Source: Acidimicrobiia bacterium
GTDB taxonomy: Bacteria; Actinomycetota; Acidimicrobiia; Acidimicrobiales; CATQHL01
Assembly: GCA_009835395.1 (NCBI GenBank)
Contig: VXXM01000073.1
Coordinates: 82 to 64,081 of the forward strand
Reading direction: 5' to 3'
Length of the DNA: 64,000 nt
Part shown: in pieces, positions 17,781 through 25,600 of the stretch
Numbering within the stretch: position 1 is the stretch's first letter
Layout: each line of letters starts with the position of its first letter
Program-made: the position numbers and the translations under genes
Notes under the pieces: model-generated
Database searches by the model: none
Told to the model about the DNA's origin: nothing
The model's input: only the letters and a program-made list of their open reading frames with translations

Positions 17781-18932
17781 TTACTCAGCAGCCTCGTAGG
17801 CCGGCTTCCGGGCCAGGAAGCAGTACAAGGGCGTGAAGATCCCTGCCTTCCCCCCGCTGACATACGCCTCAGCCGATCGATTCATGAGGCCGATGACCTT
17901 GGCCGAACCCCGCGGGAAGACTCGCACGATCTCCGCCAACCTGATCACTTCCTGAACGGCTCTGCGGCCCGCCGGGACGCGGACGAGCGCACGGTGCCAA
18001 CCCCCGTAGCGGCCCTCCATGGGCGCGTACCAGGGAACCTCGCCGACATTCCTGTCCGTGGCCTCCAGAACCTCGAATCCGGCCGACTCGAGCGCCTGAT
18101 TGACATCTGCGAAGGTGGGGATCTCCTTCAACACGATGTACCGCATGAGGTCCTGCTTGATGGACTGGTGTTCGGTGGAGGTCGGATCGAAATCGTCGGT
18201 CAGGCACATTTCCTGGCCCCAGAACAGCGCGCCGGGCCGCAGGAGGCGGAAGATCTCCGCGAATGCCTCCACCCGGTCGGGGGCATAGCACGTCGACTCA
18301 ATGGCATAGCCCCTGTCGAATGAGGCAGCCTCGATGCTGCTCATATCCATGATGTTGGACTTGAGGCAGTCCACCTTCCCATCCAGGCCGGCTTCGCGAT
18401 TGCGAACTCTGACCTGCTCGAGTTGGTGATCGTTGTTGTTGATACCAACCACGCTGACGCCTGCCTCCGCTGCAAGACGGCGCATCAGTGCGCCGAATCC
18501 GCACCCCACATCGACAACCTGCATCCCCTCCTGAAGCCTCAGCTTGTCGATCATCACCCGCTGGTGCCGAGCAATGGCCTGCGCCAACGTCTCGTCGTGC
18601 GCCAAGGGCGCAAACTGCAACGATTCACTCCAGCCGAACAACATGAATCTGTTGCAGAGGTCGTAATAGTCATTGACTGTTGTGGTGTGATCGTAGGCTG
18701 GGGAATCCGCGTGGCCGGCGCTGGAACGCTCGATCCAGCTCTCGATGTCCGCCACGACTGCCGGGACATCCCGGTCTCGATACGCGGCGCGCAGGGAACC
18801 GGCGAGCCCGCCGGGCGCCATCAACGACCTGCTCGCACGTCGGAGTACGGGATCACTAAAGCCGGTATTCTTCGCGAGGGATGCCAACGATGTCAATCCG
18901 GCCCACCGAGCCCGCCAACGCCCTGTCGCCAC
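17781..18932 (-). CDS. Sterol 24-C-methyltransferase (ERG6/SMT1) family SAM-dependent methyltransferase
   Basis: Three SMT signature regions: YYDLCNRFMLFGWSESLQFAP (region I, cf. YEYGWG.SFHFA); VDVGCGFGALMRR (SAM site); YAIESTCYAPD (cf. YAIEATCHAP). The C-terminal Sterol_MT_C-like tail ends GIFTPLYCFLARKP (cf. IFTPMYFFVARKP). Start uncertain: GTG 18932 has GGAG abutting it, and ATG 18821 is a plausible alternative. Confidence 0.8.
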   Translation of the reverse strand: MATGRWRARWAGLTSLASLAKNTGFSDPVLRRASRSLMAPGGLAGSLRAAYRDRDVPAVVADIESWIERSSAGHADSPAYDHTTTVNDYYDLCNRFMLFGWSESLQFAPLAHDETLAQAIARHQRVMIDKLRLQEGMQVVDVGCGFGALMRRLAAEAGVSVVGINNNDHQLEQVRVRNREAGLDGKVDCLKSNIMDMSSIEAASFDRGYAIESTCYAPDRVEAFAEIFRLLRPGALFWGQEMCLTDDFDPTSTEHQSIKQDLMRYIVLKEIPTFADVNQALESAGFEVLEATDRNVGEVPWYAPMEGRYGGWHRALVRVPAGRRAVQEVIRLAEIVRVFPRGSAKVIGLMNRSAEAYVSGGKAGIFTPLYCFLARKPAYEAAE

Positions 18933-19987
18933 CTCCTTTCCCCGAGGGCTGGTACTTCCTCGCGAGCCGACGAGCCGTGGAGAAGGCGAAGCTCATACAG
19001 AAGACCTGGATGGGCGAGAGCATCATCATCTGGTGCGACGACGACGGACGCATCTGCGTAGCCGAGTCCCATTGCCCGCACCTCGGCGCGGATCTGGGGC
19101 CCGAAGCGGGCGGGCGTGTCTGCGACGGCCGGCTCGTCTGCCCGTTCCACGGCTTCGAGTACGACACCGGCGGCCAGTGCGTGGCCACTCCCTTCGCGCC
19201 CGCACCGAAGGCCGCCCGACTGCGGGTCTTCGAGACGACCGAAGTCCTAGGCCTCATCTTCGCCTGGTGGGGAATCGGAGGACGGCCGCCGCAATGGAAC
19301 CTGCACCCCGACCCGCTGGACCAGACCGGCTGGAGCAGCCTCAGCATCCAGACCCTCCGCTTTCCCGGCCATCCTCAGGAGACGGCCGAGAACGCCGTCG
19401 ACCTGGCCCACTTCCGCTACGTCCACGGCTACCACAACGTGAGTCGCATCAAGCCTGTGTCCGTGGACGGGCACTGTCTCCTGAGCCGGTTCGACTTCGC
19501 GAGCAAGCGCACGATCGCAGGATTCCCGTACTTGACGCTCAATATGACCGCCACCACCCACGTCTGGGGGCTCGGCTGCTCGTTCGTCGAGGTCCGCGAG
19601 CACTCGACGCCCTTCGACATGCGCTTCTGGGTCCTGGCGACGCCGGTCGACGGAGAACTCATCGACTTGTCGCTGGTCACGCAGGTGGGGGGGATGAGCG
19701 ACCCGAAGCGCCGGATCGCAGGCCTGGGATTCCTCCCGGTCCCGCTGCGTGCGCGCGTCATGAACCGGATTCTGACTCCCATGCAGAAGCGGGACGTCCT
19801 GCAGGACGTGAAGATCTGGAGCCGCAAGCAGCACCTGCGCCGCCCGCGCCTGGCCCGTTCCGACGGCGAGATCATGCGGTACCGGGCCTATTGCCGCCAG
19901 TTCTACCCCGCCCCGCCCGGTGGTAACCACAACGACAAGGGTGATCACGAGGCCCGCGAGAAGGCCCGCGAGTCCCAGCTGCAGTAG
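18890..19987 (+). CDS. Rieske [2Fe-2S] non-heme-iron oxygenase, KshA/Neverland-like
   Basis: Rieske motif CPHLG...x17...CPFHGF. Mononuclear-iron motif ENAVDLAHFRYVHG. KshA-family C-terminal DVKIWSRKQ. ATG 18890 sits 9 nt after GAGGG; track start 18881 is also possible. Divergent from the methyltransferase. Confidence 0.85.
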   Translation: MSIRPTEPANALSPPPFPEGWYFLASRRAVEKAKLIQKTWMGESIIIWCDDDGRICVAESHCPHLGADLGPEAGGRVCDGRLVCPFHGFEYDTGGQCVATPFAPAPKAARLRVFETTEVLGLIFAWWGIGGRPPQWNLHPDPLDQTGWSSLSIQTLRFPGHPQETAENAVDLAHFRYVHGYHNVSRIKPVSVDGHCLLSRFDFASKRTIAGFPYLTLNMTATTHVWGLGCSFVEVREHSTPFDMRFWVLATPVDGELIDLSLVTQVGGMSDPKRRIAGLGFLPVPLRARVMNRILTPMQKRDVLQDVKIWSRKQHLRRPRLARSDGEIMRYRAYCRQFYPAPPGGNHNDKGDHEAREKARESQLQ

Positions 19988-20079
19988 CCGGACCCGCCCA
20001 TAGTACGCGTTATGTCGTAGACGACCGGTCCCGCGGTGTGTCCCGGGGCTTCAACGGGCGTCAGGTACAGTCGTCTGGC

Positions 20080-22560
20080 ATGAACCGCCTGCTGGATAGG
20101 TTCAGCCGGTTAGTCACGGCCCGCCCGTGGATCACGATCGGTGTCCTAGTACTCATCACTGTTGTGCTGGCCATGGGGGCGACGCGACGGGCGCCCCCGA
20201 CGGAGGGGGCGTCGGTGGCACTGCTCCCGCCCGGCAACGCCGTCGCCGAAGCGGTGGCCGACATCGACGAACTCTTCGGGGATCACAGCGATGTGAATAC
20301 CGTGACGCTGGTCTTCCGCGGCGAGGTGCTCACACCCGGCGGGCTCTCCCAGATGGACGCCCTCCTCGACGACATCCTCGCCGAGCCGGGCGTGGCGCCG
20401 CTCCTGGCGCCGTCCGATCCGATCGTGGCGCCCAGTTCGCTGGTGGGGTTCGTACTCGGCACCGACGACCTCTCGTCGATCACACAGGCGGAGATCGACT
20501 CGGTGCGCGGCCTCCCGGAGATCGGTGCGGCGCTCAACGCCCTGACCGGCAACGACACGGACGGCACCCCGGTCGGGATCGCCAACATCCGCCTGCTCGA
20601 CACGGGCGACGAACGAGTCCTCGACATCGAACGGCGGATCGACGATCTGGCGCTGGCCGCCGAGGGCCCGCTGCGGGTGACCAGCGTCTCGACGGCGGTC
20701 GTCGAGGACGAGTACACGGAGGCCACCGAGTCGGGGATGGTGCCGCTGATCGGGATCGCGCTGCTGCTGATCGCGGCGCTGATCATGCTCTTCATGCGGA
20801 CGCTCTCGGATCTGCTGCTCACGCTGGCGGGACTCCTGTTCTCGGTGATCTGGATCGTCGGGCTCGAGGGCTGGCTCGGGCCGGAGGCGCTGGGGTGGAT
20901 CGGTCCGCCGAGCTCGCTCTCGACGATGGTGCCGATCATCATGATCAGCCTCACGGTGGACTACGCCATCCAGGCCATCTCGCACTACCGCGAGCAGCGC
21001 ACCGAGGGTCTCCCCGTGCTGCAGGCGATCCGGACGGGGCTGCGAAACGTCGCCGTACCGCTGGTGCTGGCCGCCGTCACGACGATCGCCAGCTTCCTGG
21101 CCAACCTGTTCTCACCGATATCGACGATCGCCGACTTCGGCATCATTGCGGGCCTCGGCGTGGGACTGAGCCTGCTCGTGATGCTGACGCTGATTCCGGC
21201 CGGGCGGACGATCATCGACCGGCGCCGCGAGGCACGCGGCAAGCTCAAGGAGCCCCGCCCGATCTCCGCGGCGCTGCCCGGCATCGGACGGGCGGCGGAA
21301 GTCATCGGGGCAGGGGTGGCGCGCCGTCCCGCGCCCTACCTCATCGCCGTGGTCGGCATAACGATCTGGATGGGTTTCTCGGCCACCGGACTCAAGTCGG
21401 AGTTCACCATCCGCGACATCCTGCCCCGGGGCGGGACCGCGCTGAACGACCTGGAGACGCTCGACGCGGCCGTCGGCGGCTCGACGCAACTGGCCAGCGT
21501 GCTCGTGACGGCCGAGGCCACCGAGACCCGCACGCTCCTCAACCTGCAGGATCTGGAGGCCGCCTTCGCGGACGAGCAGCGCCGCCCGGCGGCGGCGGCG
21601 GGACCGCTGGAGGCATCGTACGAGTCGCTCGTGGCCGACTGGACCCACGACAGCGGCGAGCCCGGCGACAACTACGACCCGGAACTCGCCGCGCTCTACT
21701 ACGAGGCCGCGGCGGAGGTGCAACTGGATCCGGTGCTGATGCAGGAACTCCTGGACAGGCTCGGGGAGAGGGAACCCGCCCTCGGGCGCGCCCTGGTCAA
21801 CAACCGGGACGGCACTGATGCGCTCCTGCTCCAGTTCTCGAGCTACACGGACGATCCGGCGGCGACCGCCGTGATCCAGGAGGACATCGAGGCGCTCTGG
21901 TCCGGCGATGACGACGCCATCACGGCCACGTCGGAGGCCATCCTGGCCGTCGAGGTCACCGACCAGATCACGGCCCGGCAGACCGAGGCGATCAGCACGA
22001 CCATCGCCATCGCCCTCGGCATCCTCGCCCTCTTCTTCTGGGTGACGCTGCGCCGGCCCACGCTGGGGATCATCGCGGTCGGACCGATCGTGCTAGTGCT
22101 CATCTGGGTACTGGGCACGATGGCCCTGCTGGGCATCCCCTACACACTGATCACCTCGATCATCACGGCGCTATCCATCGGTATCGGCGTGGACTACACC
22201 ATCCACGTGATCCATCGCTACCGCGAGGAGTTCTCCCGGGTGCGCAACCCGGAGAAGGCCGCGATCCGGACGCTCGCCACCACTGGCTCGGCGCTGCTGG
22301 GATCCGCGCTGACGACGGCCTTCGGGTTCGGCGTGCTGGTGTTCTCGCCGGTCGCGGGGACCCAGCAGTTCGGCATCACCGCGGCGATCACGATCGCCTA
22401 CTCGCTGCTGGTCGCCATCCTGGTGGTGCCGCCGGCCATGACCGTCTGGGGCGCCTACGAGAACGCGCGCCTCCGCTCGACGGTGCAGCGCCTGTGGGAC
22501 GACCTCGACGTGGCCGCCGAGGAGATCCAGCGCCGCCACGAGGAGGAGGGCGCCACGTAG
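20080..22560 (+). CDS. MMPL/HpnN-like RND-superfamily lipid transporter (paralogue 1)
   Basis: About 826 aa from ATG 20080 (MNRLLDRFSRLV; track ORF starts 14 codons earlier). Two 6-TM bundles, each ending in ..VDYAIQAISHYREQ / GVDYTIHVIHRYREE, plus two large extracytoplasmic domains. Confidence 0.8.
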   Translation: MNRLLDRFSRLVTARPWITIGVLVLITVVLAMGATRRAPPTEGASVALLPPGNAVAEAVADIDELFGDHSDVNTVTLVFRGEVLTPGGLSQMDALLDDILAEPGVAPLLAPSDPIVAPSSLVGFVLGTDDLSSITQAEIDSVRGLPEIGAALNALTGNDTDGTPVGIANIRLLDTGDERVLDIERRIDDLALAAEGPLRVTSVSTAVVEDEYTEATESGMVPLIGIALLLIAALIMLFMRTLSDLLLTLAGLLFSVIWIVGLEGWLGPEALGWIGPPSSLSTMVPIIMISLTVDYAIQAISHYREQRTEGLPVLQAIRTGLRNVAVPLVLAAVTTIASFLANLFSPISTIADFGIIAGLGVGLSLLVMLTLIPAGRTIIDRRREARGKLKEPRPISAALPGIGRAAEVIGAGVARRPAPYLIAVVGITIWMGFSATGLKSEFTIRDILPRGGTALNDLETLDAAVGGSTQLASVLVTAEATETRTLLNLQDLEAAFADEQRRPAAAAGPLEASYESLVADWTHDSGEPGDNYDPELAALYYEAAAEVQLDPVLMQELLDRLGEREPALGRALVNNRDGTDALLLQFSSYTDDPAATAVIQEDIEALWSGDDDAITATSEAILAVEVTDQITARQTEAISTTIAIALGILALFFWVTLRRPTLGIIAVGPIVLVLIWVLGTMALLGIPYTLITSIITALSIGIGVDYTIHVIHRYREEFSRVRNPEKAAIRTLATTGSALLGSALTTAFGFGVLVFSPVAGTQQFGITAAITIAYSLLVAILVVPPAMTVWGAYENARLRSTVQRLWDDLDVAAEEIQRRHEEEGAT

Positions 22561-22602
22561 CGGCGTGGTGAGCAGACCCGCCTCGGCGGGGGTGCGGCGC
22601 CC

Positions 22603-24633
22603 TCAGACGGGCAATTCGTGCCGCCGCTCGACGATCTTGAACTTCAGCTTCTTGCTCGGCGACATCGACGGGACCGGGTCGATCTTGAACTTGTAGTTCT
22701 TCGGGGCGATCTCGAGGGTGAAGTGGTGGACGATCAACAGCAGGTTGAGCGCCAACTGCATCTCGGTCCAGCGAGAACCGAGACAGACGTGCGTGCCCAG
22801 CCCGTAGGGGGAGTACCCGATTCCGAGGTGTTCCTTGCGCGGCGGCTTGTAGCGGTCGATGTCGAACTTGAACGGGTCGGGGAAGAGATCGCCCATGTAG
22901 TGCGTGGCCGTCTGGACGATGAAGACCCGTGCGCCCTCGGGCAGTTCGTAGCCCTCGACGACGGTGGCGTTCATCACGTTCCGTATCGACATCGGAACGA
23001 TCGGGTACATGCGCATGGACTCCATGATGACGCGGCGCGTCACGTCGGTGGCGGGCCCGTTGACGGTCTCGTGGTCAGGATCGCCGTCCGCGAACAGGGC
23101 GTCCGCCTCGGCGCGGACCTGGTCGTAGAGCTCCGGCCGCGACAGCATCGCGTGGAGGATGAAGCTGAGCTGATCGCCCACGTACATGCTGGCGATCAGC
23201 GGCGCCGACAGCACGAAACGCAGATTCGACTCCGGGAGCAGCTGGCAATCGTTGGCGTGCATGGTCAATAGATCGTCGGCGAGGTCACGGGGGCAGCCGG
23301 CGCGCTGGGCGGGCGTGTGGACTCGCTGAACCCGCTCGACCACCTCGTCGATCAGTCTCGCCCGACGCTTCATGGCCGGGGTCTGCAGCATGAATTTGGG
23401 CATGGTCCGGCCGATGTGGGTCTTGAGCGCCCGTTCCTTGAACTTGTGCAGATCGTCGACGACATCCTGCGAATCGATGCTGACCGCCAGCGGCGACATT
23501 TCCGAGTTGACCAGCTTCCTGCACATGGGCACGGCGGAGCGGCTCTCGCCGACGCTCCAGGTCGCCATGTGCCGGCGCGCATGGCCGCAGAACGTGCTCA
23601 ACTCGGCCTCGAGCCTGGTGCGGGAGTACGCCGGCTGGATGGTCTTGCGATAGCGGAAGTGATCGGCCCCGTCGAGGGTGGGCAGGATTCCCGACCCGCC
23701 GTAGACCTTCTCGAACTCCTCCAGATAGTCCCGGGCTCGCAGGTACATGCGCCCGTGACGATGCACCCAGCGATTCGTCCGGGGCCCGCAGAGGAAGATC
23801 ATGCGTTGAACGAACGGCACCTTGATCTGGAACACCGGCCCGTACTCCCCGGCGAGACTCGCAAAGAGTGCCGGCAGGTTCCCACTGCGCACATGCCGGT
23901 TGCGCAGCAGCTTGAGGAGCGACACAACGGGGATCGCCTTGGCGAAAGTGGACCGTCGGAGCAAGGGGCCGGCAACGCTGTCCGTGATCGCATCGGCGAT
24001 CGCCCGGCCGATCAAATCGATTTTGCAGAGTTGCTCGACGCGCGCCGCGGCTTCGTCGTCGAGTTGGAATATGAGGCGCAGGACGTCGCACGCATTGGTG
24101 AGGCTGATGATGATCGCATCGCCCGGATCGGGAAGCTCCTCTCCGAATATGGCCCTGCTGATACGGGTCTTGACGAACTCGGCGGCTGTCTCATCATCGG
24201 CCTGACCGCGGAGGTTCGCCTGCCAGCCCGCACGAGCCAGTGTCCAGAACCCGCCGTCGTGGTGTTCCAGCACCTTGAGCAACACCAGCCGTTCCAGGGT
24301 CGCGTCGATGATCGACTCGCCGCGGATCGCCAGCCGTTCGACCCAGTACTGGGCGTTGTGTCGAACCGGCTCGGCTGCAATCTTCTCCAGGATGGGATCG
24401 AGGGCGGGATCGCCCGTCGGTGTCTCGTCCAGGAGGATCAGAGATTCGACGTCGGTGTCGATGCGCGATCGCAACGACAACTCCCCCAGCGCGGCGCCGA
24501 CGACCGCGCAGTTCAGATCCCAGCCGGGTACCTGATGGAAATAGCCGGCCTCCTCGTTGAGGAGCGTCAGGAGGAACTCGTCGACCAGACTTAGCGTTTT
24601 GGTCGGCGCGGCGGCGCCTGTGGCGGAACTCAT
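22603..24633 (-). CDS. Fusion protein: N-terminal GPP34/GOLPH3-like domain + C-terminal cytochrome P450
   Basis: 676 aa from ATG 24633 (GGAGAA upstream; the track ORF extends 44 codons further). The N-terminal ~215 aa follow the GPP34 pattern (LSLVDEFLLTLLNEEAG..., DLNCAVVGAALGELSL, PTGDPALDPIL, PDPGDAIIISLTNACDVL). The P450 part has EXXR (ESMRMYP), PERF-like FPDPFKFDIDRY and the heme loop YGLGTHVCLG (Cys codon 22783..22785). Confidence 0.8.
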   Translation of the reverse strand: MSSATGAAAPTKTLSLVDEFLLTLLNEEAGYFHQVPGWDLNCAVVGAALGELSLRSRIDTDVESLILLDETPTGDPALDPILEKIAAEPVRHNAQYWVERLAIRGESIIDATLERLVLLKVLEHHDGGFWTLARAGWQANLRGQADDETAAEFVKTRISRAIFGEELPDPGDAIIISLTNACDVLRLIFQLDDEAAARVEQLCKIDLIGRAIADAITDSVAGPLLRRSTFAKAIPVVSLLKLLRNRHVRSGNLPALFASLAGEYGPVFQIKVPFVQRMIFLCGPRTNRWVHRHGRMYLRARDYLEEFEKVYGGSGILPTLDGADHFRYRKTIQPAYSRTRLEAELSTFCGHARRHMATWSVGESRSAVPMCRKLVNSEMSPLAVSIDSQDVVDDLHKFKERALKTHIGRTMPKFMLQTPAMKRRARLIDEVVERVQRVHTPAQRAGCPRDLADDLLTMHANDCQLLPESNLRFVLSAPLIASMYVGDQLSFILHAMLSRPELYDQVRAEADALFADGDPDHETVNGPATDVTRRVIMESMRMYPIVPMSIRNVMNATVVEGYELPEGARVFIVQTATHYMGDLFPDPFKFDIDRYKPPRKEHLGIGYSPYGLGTHVCLGSRWTEMQLALNLLLIVHHFTLEIAPKNYKFKIDPVPSMSPSKKLKFKIVERRHELPV

Positions 24634-24859
24634 CAGAGTTGTTCTCCGTACACCATCCCACTGCCCCCGTCGTGTGAGGGTCGGGCAACTCGGACAGTGT
24701 ACTTTCTTTCTGCTCACGCGAACCATCGCTTCGACTCCTAGTGGGCCGCGGACGGACTCGTCCATGCCGCCGTCGCCTGAAGGACCCCGGTCGGGAGGGG
24801 TTCCAGCGGCCGTTGCTAGCCTGATCCGTCGCGGCCCCGGCGTTCTGCGGGGCCCCGGC

Positions 24860-24936
24860 GGGGCTGTAGCTCAGTTGGCTAGAGCACTTGCTTTGCAAGC
24901 AAGGGGTCGTGGGTTCGAGTCCCATCAGCTCCACCA
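24860..24936 (+). tRNA. tRNA-Ala (anticodon TGC), CCA encoded
   Basis: Manual cloverleaf. Acceptor GGGGCTG/CAGCTCC with the G3:U70 alanine identity pair. Anticodon loop cTTTGCAa, T-loop TTCGAGT, 3' ACCA. Confidence 0.9.
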
Positions 24937-24951
24937 CAGGGAGAAGCCGTG

Positions 24952-25497
24952 ATGCTCAGGATCTTCCAAAACACCGCGATCGCAAGCGGGATCGCCGTCG
25001 CCGCGTTGATCGTCGCTCTGATCGCCCTGTTTTCGCCCCTCCGGGAATCGTCATCGCGGGGCGACGGTCCCGACCCGGTCACCGTCGGAGTGCCCCAGCA
25101 GCCGGCGGAAACCGTCGCCTTCGTTCAGGAGGCTCTGGACTTCTACGACTCCGAGGGGCGCCAGGCCACCATCGACCACTACAACTCCCCGGACAGCGCC
25201 GACGGCCAGAACTACCTGTTCATCCTCGACGAGGACGGCGTCCTCGTCGCACATCTCAACCAGGATCTCCTGGGCAGGGACGTGCACACCAGCTTCGGCG
25301 TCGACGTGGACGGCAACCGCTTCGGTCTCTTGATGCTGGAGGCGACCTCCGAGGGGATGTGGATCGACTACGTCTACCTCAACCCGCACACCGGGTTCCG
25401 GGAACTGAAACACTCCTGGGTCGTCGGTCACGACGGGCTGGTCTTCGGCTCGGGGTGGTACGAACTGCAGCGGCCGTCCATCGTGGAGTTCGTCTAG
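24952..25497 (+). CDS. Membrane-anchored single-Cache (sCache_2-like) domain protein without output domain
   Basis: N-terminal TM (IASGIAVAALIVALIALF), then a Cache-like core (NYLFILDEDGVLVAHLNQDLLGRD ... WIDYVYLNPHTG ... KHSWVVGHDGLVFGSGWY). ATG 24952 sits 5 nt after GGGAGAAG; the track lists GTG 24949. Confidence 0.6.
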   Translation: MLRIFQNTAIASGIAVAALIVALIALFSPLRESSSRGDGPDPVTVGVPQQPAETVAFVQEALDFYDSEGRQATIDHYNSPDSADGQNYLFILDEDGVLVAHLNQDLLGRDVHTSFGVDVDGNRFGLLMLEATSEGMWIDYVYLNPHTGFRELKHSWVVGHDGLVFGSGWYELQRPSIVEFV

Positions 25498-25532
25498 GAG
25501 ACGCCGTCCGCCTACAGGCGCGCAGCGGCAAG

Positions 25533-25556
25533 CGGGCGGGTTGGAGAGCCCGCCCG
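25533..25556 (+). terminator. GC-rich hairpin downstream of the Cache gene (possible intrinsic terminator)
   Basis: CGGGCGGG-ttggagag-CCCGCCCG, an 8-bp perfect stem with an 8-nt loop. No clear U-tract. Confidence 0.4.
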
Positions 25557-25600
25557 GGTCTGGCAGGATCAGCGAAGAGAGATGCAGGAAGGAAGCGACC

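Noticed and set aside
24194-24952. ORFs 24194..24937 (-) and 24557..24952 (+) spanning the tRNA-Ala locus
   Set aside because: They overlap the tRNA gene and the P450 N-terminus, and have no motifs or RBS. I read them as spurious.
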